From a virus (Duplodnaviria; Heunggongvirae; Uroviricota; Caudoviricetes): a stretch of 64,000 bases of DNA. The notes beneath the pieces were generated by a model, which worked only from the letters and a program-made list of their open reading frames with translations, did no database searches and had not been told where the DNA came from. Below, in pieces: positions 28,602-40,700 of this stretch. Position 1 is the first letter of the stretch. Each line of letters begins with the position of its first letter. The DNA lies in the IMG/VR virus record IMGVR_UViG_3300021256_000055, positions 7,124 through 71,123 of that record; one strand, 5' to 3'. The position numbers and the translations under genes were made by a program.

Positions 28602-30446
28602 ATGGCTTCAAAAAATTCAAAATCAAAGGTAAATGTAAGTGTACCTAAAAAATTTACAATTGTATGGCCTTCATTTAAGAAAGGCGATGGTATTAAGCCA
28701 ACATTAAACACAACTGACGTTCTTATAAGTGGTATTTTAATAACTTGTATTGCGTTATCTCTTGTTTCAGGATTTATTGATCTTGTATTCTTTTCAGGAT
28801 TATCTAAATCATGGTATACTGTAGCTACAGTTAAAGTTGCAGCAAGTATTCTCTTCTCAGTTATGTCTTTAGGATTCACATCAGCAAAATTCTGGTGTGC
28901 TATGCAACTTGGTGCAATTAATGAATTACAAACAAGATTAAAAAATGATAAATATCCTTGGTATAAAAATCTTGATAAACTAAAGCTTAAATGGCATTTA
29001 GCTCATAAGTTTCTTATAGCTGTATCTCTTATTACATCTATTTCTTTATCAGTCGTTTCTATTGGTGATGCGATTCGTAAAAACCAAAATGTTATTAAAA
29101 GAGCAAATGATGATATCCAAAAAATTACAAAGTATTATAATACAACAGATACATCAGATGACGTTCAATTTCAGGCTTTAGTAAAAGGTACATCTGAATC
29201 ATCTACTGCTGGCGAAAAAGCTACAAAAGCAGCTTCTAAAATTTGGCCAATTATTGAGGAATACCGTGCTGAAATGGCAGAATTCCCAGTTGCGCGTGAT
29301 TCTAAAGACCCAATTGAATGGAAAGGCCAAGAAATAATTCCGGATGATTATTGGACTGAAAGAAATGCTAAAGTCCAGAAAGATGTAAATGTTTATAGAA
29401 ACTTAAGTCTCTATCAGATTAGAACTATTAAATCTGAAGCACAGTTAGCAACTACTATTAAGGAAGAAATCGAAAAATCCGTAGCTAATAGTTCCCTTGA
29501 GGGTTTAACCGAATTAGCGGATAAAACAAAAAATAAAGCTGTTCAAGAAATTAAAAATCTCGAAGGTAGATATTATATGCCCGGAGCGGCTGAGCCTGTT
29601 GTATTTGACCCTAATAATATCTCTGGTTCAATAAACTTGTTAGGCGATATTAAAGCAGCTTATGAAAATGATACTGGTGACGTTGGTGAATCTGCTAAAA
29701 TGTTTATGCTTATTGGTCCAACACTTGAAAGTATGAAAAAGACTAAAGCAACAGATGTAACTGAGGCGTATAACCAAAAAGTAAGTGTATCATCTTTTGG
29801 AACCACAGAAATTATGATGATGGTTCTTATTATGATTTTTGGTATAGTACAAGAATTCTTGATTGCTCTTTTTACCCCAAAATCTACTATTGATAGAAAA
29901 ATGCTTTCTAGATTTGATGCCTATTTTGGTGAAGGCTTTGATATAGATATGTTCTTATTAAGAACTTATAAAGACTACCTTAAAAAAGGTATCATCAATC
30001 AAAGAGACTTTGAAGCAAAAGCTAAAAAAGCTGTTGAGCTTATGGATGATACTATTGATGATGTTATTGCTAGGTACTCAAAAAAGGCTAAAAAGCAAAA
30101 TATAAACTTAAGTAAATCCAATATAGATTTAAATAAATCTAATATAGATTTAACTAAAGCTATTAGCGTAGATCTTAATAAATCTGAAGATGAGAATAAA
30201 TCTTTACCTCAAGCACCTATTAAAGAATCAATAGTAGAAGAGCCTACATCGCATAAATTAGAAAGAATGTATGGTGATACCATAGAATCATCTGCTAATG
30301 ATAGTGATGGCCGTACTATTGGAATTAGCGAAAACGGTATTATTGAAATGAGGCCAGTTGAACCTATAGTCGCTCCTATAAATGATAAACTCGAAAAGTT
30401 AAATGAAGCGCTTAATTCATTTGAAAAAGACTTGGAGGACAAATAA
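28602..30446 (+). CDS. Multi-pass membrane protein with large soluble domains
   Basis: Three to four N-terminal hydrophobic helices and one near residue 410; GCTAATT motif upstream. Confidence 0.7.
   Translation: MASKNSKSKVNVSVPKKFTIVWPSFKKGDGIKPTLNTTDVLISGILITCIALSLVSGFIDLVFFSGLSKSWYTVATVKVAASILFSVMSLGFTSAKFWCAMQLGAINELQTRLKNDKYPWYKNLDKLKLKWHLAHKFLIAVSLITSISLSVVSIGDAIRKNQNVIKRANDDIQKITKYYNTTDTSDDVQFQALVKGTSESSTAGEKATKAASKIWPIIEEYRAEMAEFPVARDSKDPIEWKGQEIIPDDYWTERNAKVQKDVNVYRNLSLYQIRTIKSEAQLATTIKEEIEKSVANSSLEGLTELADKTKNKAVQEIKNLEGRYYMPGAAEPVVFDPNNISGSINLLGDIKAAYENDTGDVGESAKMFMLIGPTLESMKKTKATDVTEAYNQKVSVSSFGTTEIMMMVLIMIFGIVQEFLIALFTPKSTIDRKMLSRFDAYFGEGFDIDMFLLRTYKDYLKKGIINQRDFEAKAKKAVELMDDTIDDVIARYSKKAKKQNINLSKSNIDLNKSNIDLTKAISVDLNKSEDENKSLPQAPIKESIVEEPTSHKLERMYGDTIESSANDSDGRTIGISENGIIEMRPVEPIVAPINDKLEKLNEALNSFEKDLEDK
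30099..30186 (+). repeat. Imperfect 21-nt coding tandem repeat (NINLSKS-NIDLNKS-NIDLTKA-ISVDLNKS)
   Basis: Direct repeats aatataaacttaagtaaatcc / aatatagatttaaataaatct / aatatagatttaactaaagct. Confidence 0.7.
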
Positions 30447-31723
30447 TGGAATTGGATTTAGATAACCTTATAGAAAGAGTACAAAGTACCCATGCAAAAT
30501 ATCTTGATGAGAAAGCTAGGTTCAAAGAAGAATTAAAGTCAATCCAAGATGAAGCAGATACTAAAATTGCTCAACTTACAACAGAATTAAATGTGGCTAA
30601 TGAAACTATTACTGAGCAAGAAGCTAAAATATCTAAAATGGCTTCAAAGGAAGAAGTTGACCAAATTTTAAATAATGATTCAGCAGTTTACAAAGAGCTC
30701 TCTAATAAATATGAAGCATTAAAAGAAAAATATCAAAAGGAGACGGCTGAGTTAACTTCAACTATAGAAAGCTTAAATAAAAATGCTGAAAACTTTGATA
30801 TTTATTCTCAGTCATTAAAGGATGAAATAAAAGAATCATCTACCGCATTAGCTAATCTTCAAAATAGCTATAATGAGCTAGAGCTTTTGAAAAAAGAATC
30901 CGATAATAGCTTATTAGAACTTAAGACAAAATTAGAAAATATTGAAAAAAATAATTTTTCTAATAATTCCATAATTGCTGACTTAAAAAATGAAATTCAA
31001 ACTGATAATGAAAAAATTTCAGAATTGAATAATAATTATAATGATCTAAAACAAAAAACTTATGGTACTATTAAGTATCTTGTTGAAAATGTCATTGAGA
31101 TTAAGGAACAAAAAATAGAAGAGTTACAAAGACTTCTTAATGATAAGTCTAATACAATTGACATTACTACTTATCAAGAGGCCACTAATCAAGTCAATAG
31201 TCTTACTTCTAAAGTTGAGCAATTGACTAAGGATAACGCAACAAAAGATGCTCGTATTGTAGAGTTAACACAACAAATTTCAGGACTTACTGAACAACTT
31301 AAAGAGCTTACACCTGTACAAAAAACACATTCTCATTTACAAGATTACATTGATTCTACTATACCTATCCCAGAAGGTACAGCTGCTGCATCAGCTAATA
31401 GGCCCATAAGAACAACTAAAAGTTTAGAGGAAACAGTTATAACTCCATTTGGTAGAGTATCTCAAGAAGTTATTACTAATGCTACTCGCATGATTGATAA
31501 GCTTTATGAAGATAAAATAAAAAATGCAGACGGGTATTATCCATTAAATAATGCTTTACAAGCAGCAGAGGATGTTGGCTTAAGTATAACAACGGGTAAT
31601 ACTATTATGGATAGGCTTTGCGCTATGTCTAAGGATGGTAAACCAATAGTTTTCTTTAATGGAAATATATATTATGCTACTATAGATAAAGAAGATTTAA
31701 AAAATTATATCCTTAGGGGTTAA
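30446..31723 (+). CDS. Long coiled-coil protein
   Basis: Heptad-rich E/K/L/N/Q sequence over about 290 aa; TAATG coupling and GGAGG SD. Confidence 0.75.
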   Translation: MELDLDNLIERVQSTHAKYLDEKARFKEELKSIQDEADTKIAQLTTELNVANETITEQEAKISKMASKEEVDQILNNDSAVYKELSNKYEALKEKYQKETAELTSTIESLNKNAENFDIYSQSLKDEIKESSTALANLQNSYNELELLKKESDNSLLELKTKLENIEKNNFSNNSIIADLKNEIQTDNEKISELNNNYNDLKQKTYGTIKYLVENVIEIKEQKIEELQRLLNDKSNTIDITTYQEATNQVNSLTSKVEQLTKDNATKDARIVELTQQISGLTEQLKELTPVQKTHSHLQDYIDSTIPIPEGTAAASANRPIRTTKSLEETVITPFGRVSQEVITNATRMIDKLYEDKIKNADGYYPLNNALQAAEDVGLSITTGNTIMDRLCAMSKDGKPIVFFNGNIYYATIDKEDLKNYILRG

Positions 31724-31751
31724 TATAATCTATAGAGGTTAATATTTAATT

Positions 31752-32120
31752 ATGAAAACTTTTGAAATGGATTCAGATACAAAACAGATGCTTCAGGAAA
31801 TTTCTGCAACAATGGGTGTAAAAAATGAAATTGTTCGTGAAGTTTGGGAATTTACTATTTTTACAATTTTACTAAAAATTGCAGAAAATCCTGATAAACG
31901 TCAGAGTATTACAATTCCATATTTTGGACATGTATTATTACGTGATAATGGCATTAAACAGGATGAAGATGGTACAGCATATCATGATATTGAGCCACTT
32001 ACAGCTTTATCTGAAAATTTTAAAAATCTTTATATTAAAACATGTAAGGGCCAATTTGCTGAACTTTCTGAATATTTAGAAGAAAACTATATTAAGCCTG
32101 TACTTGATGAAATTAAATAA
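31752..32120 (+). CDS. HU/IHF-like small DNA-binding protein (tentative)
   Basis: Helix-helix then ITIPYFGHV strand, as in HU-fold proteins. Confidence 0.45.
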   Translation: MKTFEMDSDTKQMLQEISATMGVKNEIVREVWEFTIFTILLKIAENPDKRQSITIPYFGHVLLRDNGIKQDEDGTAYHDIEPLTALSENFKNLYIKTCKGQFAELSEYLEENYIKPVLDEIK

Positions 32121-32182
32121 GTAATAAAACTAAACTAATTAGATAATTATTGTTTTAATAATATTAAAGAGGTAATTATCTA

Positions 32183-34741
32183 ATGGCTAGTAATTCTTTA
32201 AATAATAATCTTATAAATCCTAGAACTGTATGGAAAGCTACTCTTGAAGCATATCCTACAAGATCTCTTTTATCGCTAAAATCATTATGGGAGCTTATTT
32301 ATAATAATAATGGTATTCCCTGGATAAGAGCATTAACTACAGGAGAAAATCTAGATTCAAATGGTAAGGCTTGTAAGCTAGACCATGATATTATCTGCTA
32401 TTCTCAAGCACTTTATCAGAAAGTTGGTGTTATAGACCAAATATCTTATAAGGGTGACAACCTTGACCCAGAAAGAGCTTATGAGCTATTAGGTATTGAC
32501 ATATCTATTCCATTATATGATTCTCGTTCTAAGATAAGAGAGAGAGAAATAAAATCTAATGATGCTGTAACTTTACAAGCTTTAAGTCTTAATAATTTAA
32601 TTGTAGCAAATCCTAGGACAATCTTTAATAGCGGAGTTGGTCTTTGTCATGATAAAAACTCAGCTCTTGAGCCACTTAATATTGATTCCTTTGTAAAGCG
32701 TGGTGTTCAAGTTTCTGATGACTTTACAGAACAAATAACTGTAAATACTAAGTATATAGCGGATTCTAAATATACCGCTCCTCATGTTATAACACTTGAT
32801 AATGTAGGATCAAGTGACAATATTACTGCGCCAATTTGCTTATGTCATGTAGATACTGCTTTTCGTGGTACTTTAACAACAGAAACTGACTTAAATGCTT
32901 ATAATTATATTTTACTTAATCCCTATAATAATAACTGGGTAGCTTGTTTAGTATTACGTGCTTTACAAGAGCAACTTACATATAACAAAACTGGGGATGG
33001 TATATTAATTCAAAAAATATTCTGGGATACTGTTTTAAACCAGTCTGATATTACTACGAACCTTGTAGACTTAGTTTTTAATACGCTCCCTACTCTTATT
33101 GATGGTAAGGAAACTATCGGTGGAGTCAGCCCTAATGGAACCTGGGCAGACATCTTAAAGCATACTTTTGTTTGGGTTAAAGCTCCATTTTTTGGAGACT
33201 ATATTCAACCAGAAGTTTTTAATCAAGACTTATCTAGCGACTCCGATGTTATACATAATAATATAGTAATAAGTGATACAGCAGATTTTAATAAATATGA
33301 TAAATACTCAGAAGTAGGCGACCATAGTAGTGAAGACATTTATTCTTATCCATATATACCTATTACATCACCTGGTTTAGATTTAGTTACACCTAAAATC
33401 TATAAAAGTATTACAGGATCTAGCTCTAATGATACCACGAATCTTGAAGACGCCGCTATCAAAAAGATAATTGAGGAAGGCGATAAAAATGAGAACTCAA
33501 AGATTGGAAGTATCAAATTTGCGCCTAATCTTAGATCAAATGAAACAAATGCTCTTCCAAATTATTTTGACCCAGAAGTAGATTACAGTATTGATAGCTT
33601 AAGACATTTGCCTACAATTATACCATCAAGTGGTAACTTATATACAGATGGTCGTATTATTTCTCCAACAATTGATGAGCTTTGGGTATACCTTAAAAAG
33701 TTAACTGAGGGACGTCGTAAAGACTCTCTTACAGTCTTAGACCCGGAAGAGCTAGATATGGGTCGTGCAATTTCTACTGAAGAGAATAAAAAGCTTATTA
33801 ATGATACTATCCTTACCGCACCGATATCTTCTGAAATGTCATTTAATGTAGATGGTAAAGAAAGATATGGTGATATTATCAATGTAGCTTATACTACAGA
33901 TGATAGAAAAAATATGGAAAATACTATTAAAGTTACAGACTTTATAAATAATAATAATAGTATTAAATATAATATTTTTTCTGCTCTTAAAAGAATTTCT
34001 AAAAGTATTACAGCTTTTGATTTATCTAAATCAAGTACTGGTTCTAAAGAGCGCGAAATTACAAATTTCACAGCTTGGTGTTATACTAACAAAGATGAGA
34101 AAGATGAAGAATATTATAGCACATTAAAAGATGGAGATACCGCTTCAGTAAATGAAAATGACAATATTTGGAGACCTCGTAAAAATGCGCCATACTCGTT
34201 ACGCGAATTAGAAGCTATTACTAAAGGTAATAAATATAATATCATTACCCTAGCCAGATTTATTGAAAATAACTTTAGTGTTGTTGGCCCTCTAGGTTAT
34301 AAATACTATGAAGAAGGTGAAAATTCAGATTCGATAGGAGATGAAACTACGCCTGAACAAGCTGCGGGTTCTCTATATCAATTCCATCGTGACTACAATT
34401 ATAAAGTAAATAATCCAAATACTTTCTTCAGAATGGATGGAGAAGGTAAGAACTTATTTAATGAAGATGGTACAAAAAATATAAAAACATCTGGTTGTGA
34501 TGCATCCTTCAATGACCTTTCCGCAGCTGATGCTGAACCTGAAAACGAGCTTTTACTATATAATTCTAATAGTCCAAAAACCTCAAAAATGCCTCTTCTT
34601 GTAAAAAATTATGGTAAATCTATCTACTTAAAAGATGAATTTGGTAGCTATGCGGGTTCTGATATCTATATGGCTGCAGATGGTACATGGCGTTATACAG
34701 CTGAACACTCTAGAGTTCCTATTTTGCGTTCTCGTTACTAA
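32183..34741 (+). CDS. Large putative virion protein (852 aa)
   Basis: Long ORF with GAGG SD and ACTAATT motif; first of a block of giant genes. Confidence 0.7.
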   Translation: MASNSLNNNLINPRTVWKATLEAYPTRSLLSLKSLWELIYNNNGIPWIRALTTGENLDSNGKACKLDHDIICYSQALYQKVGVIDQISYKGDNLDPERAYELLGIDISIPLYDSRSKIREREIKSNDAVTLQALSLNNLIVANPRTIFNSGVGLCHDKNSALEPLNIDSFVKRGVQVSDDFTEQITVNTKYIADSKYTAPHVITLDNVGSSDNITAPICLCHVDTAFRGTLTTETDLNAYNYILLNPYNNNWVACLVLRALQEQLTYNKTGDGILIQKIFWDTVLNQSDITTNLVDLVFNTLPTLIDGKETIGGVSPNGTWADILKHTFVWVKAPFFGDYIQPEVFNQDLSSDSDVIHNNIVISDTADFNKYDKYSEVGDHSSEDIYSYPYIPITSPGLDLVTPKIYKSITGSSSNDTTNLEDAAIKKIIEEGDKNENSKIGSIKFAPNLRSNETNALPNYFDPEVDYSIDSLRHLPTIIPSSGNLYTDGRIISPTIDELWVYLKKLTEGRRKDSLTVLDPEELDMGRAISTEENKKLINDTILTAPISSEMSFNVDGKERYGDIINVAYTTDDRKNMENTIKVTDFINNNNSIKYNIFSALKRISKSITAFDLSKSSTGSKEREITNFTAWCYTNKDEKDEEYYSTLKDGDTASVNENDNIWRPRKNAPYSLRELEAITKGNKYNIITLARFIENNFSVVGPLGYKYYEEGENSDSIGDETTPEQAAGSLYQFHRDYNYKVNNPNTFFRMDGEGKNLFNEDGTKNIKTSGCDASFNDLSAADAEPENELLLYNSNSPKTSKMPLLVKNYGKSIYLKDEFGSYAGSDIYMAADGTWRYTAEHSRVPILRSRY

Positions 34742-34780
34742 TATTTACTAACTTATAATATTAAGGAAATAGAAAACAAT

Positions 34781-37700
34781 ATGAATAAACTTAAAAAAGG
34801 TCTTACATATATTTCAGAGCGTGGTAGTTTTTACCGATATTCAGATAAAGATTATGATGAAAAGTGGCTTCAGCCTTTAAGTGAGTACATACCCCTTGAA
34901 GCTATTATGCGTGGACAGCCAGTTTCTATTGCAACTAATGAAGATATTAGAGATGCGGCTAATAGGCTCGCTGACAATAATGAGGAATTATCTAATAAAA
35001 TATATAATACTATATTACAAGATTCTCATACATTTGTAGTTCTTACTAGACCAGAACGCCATAAAAATACTATTGGTCTTTCCTATGAATATATGCAGGG
35101 TCCTTCATATAACATAGATGAAGAAGAGCTTATATTAAATGATAAAATCCATATTTTGGATTCTGGAAAATTTGATATTGACCCTGACTATCTACTTAAA
35201 TCCCATCAAGTAAATAATAAGCAGCTCTTACTAGATGTAATAAACAAAGAAGAATATTTACCAGACTTTTTTAAGAAACCATATACAAGTCTTATAGGTC
35301 AGCAGATTTATGTTAAAGGTAATGATGCTGGAAAGCTTACAATTGTACCAGAAGAAGCTTATATAGGCTATAATAATATAATTAAAATAGGCTTTATCTC
35401 TGATGCCTGGATTAATGGTAATAATATTGATGAGGTACAAGAAGATTTAGCTGAAGCTTTAGCTAAAAAGGAAGATGAGCGAACTCCTGAAGAAAAAAAA
35501 CTTATTAGTTCAATACAAAAAGATTATACTGATGAAGATGCTAAAGAATATCTAAAGAATTCAGTAACTATTCAGGTACAAATTCAAGGTGATGACCGTG
35601 GAGCTCTTGATAGTACTCTTTTTGAAGGCACTATTGGAGAGTCAGTTATAATCACAGAAGACAACCCTGTAAGAGTATTTGCGCTTGGTCAAGAAGATAA
35701 TGTTGCTTTCAAAGCACGTATTAACATAACACCTTCTACTACCTATGATATTGATAAAGAAACAGCATTTATTGGCTTCCAAAAAATGGACGGCAAAACT
35801 GTTATTGTATCATTTGGTGAAAACTTTAGTATTGTAAAAGCTAAAGATGCAGGTATTACCGAAGATGCAGCATTTTTAACTATTGCAAATATTTATGACC
35901 CTAAATTTTATGAAACTTGTAAGCCTCATGTAGCAACATATATAAATAATATCGGCACGGATATACAAGACACTCAGAACTCCTTAGCTAATGCTATTAA
36001 GGCCGCTTGGAAAGAACTTACTGATACTGAAATGAATGTAGAGCAACTTACTTCATTCAAACAGGAAACTACGGCAGGCTACTTAGAAATAGAATCATCT
36101 AAGCCAGGTGGATATTACTATATGTATATTTCGGAAAATCTTCATAGAATTTTCCTTCAAGATTCATATACAATTACTAATGGTTCATCTAATAATAAGG
36201 GATATGTTGTTCTTGCTGATAATCGTATTGCGGCACGTCAAAATATAATTGGTATTTATAATTCAGGTATTTATGGCGAACAGCTTGAGGGTAGAAGATG
36301 TATCTTTATGCATGATGGCTTATTCCGCCATAATGCAGAAGATGGTAAATACCAAGAAATAGGAAAAGAATATTTCTTAGGACGAAATGGCTTTGTTACG
36401 CGTATTCCTGATACTGCTTATGAGACTGTTGTTAAAGTTTTTGATGTGCAGGACTCAGAAAAGCTCTTAATTCACTGTGATAATATGCGTGTTAAAACAC
36501 GCGGTGGTGATTTACCATTAGGCTACACAAAACCTGCTGTTAAAGTTGGTGACCAGTTTGCAGCAGAATATGGCTTTGTCTTAATGGATGGCGTAACACC
36601 TTACGATAAAGACGCATATAAAGCACTCTATGAAAGACTCCAAGCATGGTATCCAAAATCACAGCTTGATGCAATTAAAGATACTGATCCAGCAAATTCA
36701 TTTATTATCCCATTATGTACTACTGTTACAGAAAATGGGGGTGAACGAACTCTTATTCAAATTAAAGCTCAAGAATATGGCTTATATGAGAAAGAGCCTC
36801 GCGTTCCATATATACGAAAGGTAGGCACATTTGAAACAGAAGCTGAAAATAAAATAATTATAATCAATGGAAAAGATTATCTTCCTGGTAACTGTGTTCC
36901 TACTATTGGTAAATATTCCGTAAAAGAAAATGATAAATCTGAGATTGTAGAAGTAGATACTCGATTTGAAATTACACCAATTTGTGACCTTTGTATTATG
37001 GAGAATAATATCCAGGAACCTTCTATTGAAAACTTGGATATTAGACTCTTTGTTGACCCAGAATATGACCCTTCTCATGATGTAAAATATCATTGGGTAG
37101 AAATAAGAAATGGTTTCCAAAACTTCAATAATAACACTACATATGGTTTTGAATGGAAACTTGATAAAGAAGATGCTACAAATGATTGTCCATTTGGCAG
37201 ATATTTCTTAAGTACTGATATAAAAGATGGTATGGGTATCTATTACCAAAAATCTGGTAATTTAGCACCTACACGTCTTAGTGGTATGCCATGGAAACTT
37301 GTAGTTAGGCGTCGTGAGACTGTTGCTCAGCAATATGACCTTGATGGTGTAATGCATGCTTACTTAAGAAATCGTGTAGAAGATGAAGAGGGTAAAGCAT
37401 ATACTACTAAAGCTGTAACTGGCGCGGCTGTTATTGATGCAATTGAAAACAGATACTATGTTAAAAACTTAGTTGCAAGACCACATCTTGTAGATGATGA
37501 AGGTAATGTAACTCAAAGTACCCATATACTCCTTGGTAGAGAAAATGAACCTGCGACAGAAGTTGCATTATCTTCTGTTGAAGAACTTAAAATTCATGGT
37601 GTAAATGGTATTAAATTTGAGAATACTACAAAAGAAGGCCCATATAAGGAAGACCATAAAATTGTAGTTAAAGATAACTGGATTTCTGTTGAGAAAGGCC

Positions 37701-40700
37701 ATGATGAAAATAATAAATTGGTGGACTTACCTAAGTTTGCTGATATAAAAGGAAATGAGTTTACTACAAAAGACCAAGTTTTAGAGCATATTACTAAAGA
37801 CGCCACTCTTGGAGTGGATGCTACTAGAGACGATAATACTAAGGTCGTTCATGGTTTAATCTTCGGACCTCGTGGAAATGTAAACGCATCTACATTTAAT
37901 GGATTGCCTCTTGGTACTCATCACTCTGCACGTGTAATTGCAGGGGGTACTATTGCAGAGCCTACTAATAACGAAGACCACCCATCATATTTAAGCTATA
38001 TTTATTATGGACTTGATCCAATCAGTAGAACTGGAGATGCTTATCTTACAAATAGTGAAGGTAAAGTAGTTCATAACCGTCCTAAAATTACGGATGCAGT
38101 AGGTAATGCTATTTCTGGTATATACTCTGTTACTGGATATGAGGATAAAGTAAATACAGACGATAATACCGATAGCTTAACATATGAAGAAAAAATAAAT
38201 AATAACTATAGTATTTTCTATAATAAAGTTACTGGACAATATCGTGGAAGTAAAAATAGTGTTTCAAAAAGTAAAACTTTAGAAATTAAATATAATTTTA
38301 ATACAATAACTTCTGAAGCTACAGGTGATGATAAGCTTACAACTCCATCATACTATGACTTTGAATTCTTAAAGAAACTTGAAGGTGAAGATGAGGCTCC
38401 AGCATCTATAAAAGTTGGTGCTATTGGTATTACATCTAATGCTAAATTTAAGAGAATCTTTGGTGAATCAAAAAATAAATATTCATCAACAACTTCTGTT
38501 GATACACTTATTGGTGATAACAGCAAAGATTATGATGTATTTGAAAAAGACAATGGGTCTAAAGAATACTTAGGCAGCGCTCTTCAAGCTGCTTATGAAA
38601 TGCCAATTGCATACTGGCAGTATATTTCAGAACCAAAATGGTATAAAAAATATATTGGTATAGTTATAGAACGTATAAATGATATGAGAGATAATCTCTC
38701 TACATCAACTTCACGTACTATATTTAATAATAATGACCAAAAATATTGGGCTGAAAATGGTAGCACTGGTTCTACAAAGCCATTTAATAGTAATGATAAC
38801 ACATACCATTATAATGAAGATGAAATTAAGTCTATATCAACATACTTAAATGCTGTTACAGATAATGCTGAGGGTTCTCAGAATGTTATTTCATCTATTG
38901 GCTTATTACTCAAAGCTGCTAAAGAAACTCAGGAGCGTTTGCTTAAGGTTGAAGCATCTACATTTGGTGCGGATGCGCCTACTATTCCAGGTCAGACTAA
39001 AAAGTTCTTGTTCCCTGAAACACCTGATGTAACTCCTGAGGCTACTCACCTCGGTTTGAACCGTTTAATTCGTGCTATGGCTATAGAACTTTATGGCACT
39101 GCAAACCCTGATGATGAAAAACTTGGAGAAATTACTGAATCAAATAATACAAGTACAACTCTTTCAAGAATTGATACATTAGAAGCAGAAATTGAAGGTA
39201 AAACTTTTGATGAGGGTGTTGATACAGATGCAGCAGATAATGTTCTTACTACTAACTCAGCAACTTATCCATATGCAGTAAATGAAGAGACATCCCATGG
39301 CGGTATTACAACTACTAAAGAAATAAAAGATGTAGTTTATATTCCAGTAAATGTATCTGATCTTACTTATAAGAGCGTTCTACATAATACTACACTTACT
39401 ATAACAGATGAAGATGTTCTCTATTATAAAAATAAAAATGATGTAAATAACCCTTATATTGTATACACAGGTGATAAAACAAATATAAGCATTCCAGATG
39501 ATGGTGATGAGCTTTATATAAAAGAAACTTTTGTTAAAGTTCTTGATAATCAGAACCCACTTGATGGTCGCGCGCCTATTGATGGTGAATCTGAAGATTC
39601 TGAAAATCATGGAACGTGGACAAAAATAAACTTTAATAAGCAAACATCATTTGAACAAGTTGATGGCAAATTTATTGCGGATACAGAACATAATCTCGTT
39701 CCTGAAACAGAACGTGATAAGTTTAATGGTACTATTGACGCAATTTCTCGTATTTGTACAAAAGTAAATGCATTAACATATATCGTTAATGGTAAGGATA
39801 ATATAAATTCTACACCAGAGCGCTTAAATACAATTCGTAACAATATTGAGACACTTATTAAAGAAGCTTATTTTGATGGCGCCCCAGAAACAATTGTTAC
39901 AGAAGCAACTGAGAATGCTAAAGCTACAGCCATTACTGAAGATGAAATTATATCTCAGGCTTATATTGATGAGGATTTAGACCATACTGACAAAGGCCGC
40001 ACACTATTCCATCAGCCTTCACAGCCATATGAATTAAAGAAGGCTCATGATAATAAGGGTAAAGACTATACAGGAATTTCAAGATTTGATCAGCTATCAA
40101 AAGACTTATATGACTATGTTATCAAAGGCTTTGATAATTCCAAAAATACTGTTTATACAAACGTAAATTCAGAAGAGAATGGCAAAGACTTAAATGATAA
40201 GAGACATACTGCTATTCAATATACTTCTGAAGCTGATAAAGCAAAGGGAACTTCTAAAACTCAGGTTTTAGCTGGACGTACTTTTAATGGTAAACAGTTA
40301 CTTATTGATGGTATTAGTGATAGTAGCGGCGCAAATGTTACAAGCTTTAATCAAACTAAGTCAGATGCAAACTTACCAACTACATTCCATCTTAATGTGC
40401 CAGATTCTATTGAAGAATATAAGTACGCATCTATAATTGATATTTTAATTGATGCTATTGGTACAGGCTACTTTAGATATCAAATTGAGGAAGACTCAAG
40501 CACAACTTCTAAAGAGCTTCGTCCAACAGAAACTCTTACAAAACGTATTGAGCAGATTGAAAAGGCACTTGATAACGTAGCACATAAGCTTTCTCAGAAA
40601 AAGTTCTTTGAAGGTGATACAACAAAGAATTTTGATGATAACGACTTATTTGAGGGAAATACCGGAAACCCAACATATTCTATTGAAGCATTTATCAACA

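Noticed and set aside
30099-30186. CRISPR-like array
   Set aside because: These are contiguous degenerate 21-nt coding repeats without spacers. No repeat-spacer array was seen anywhere in the window.
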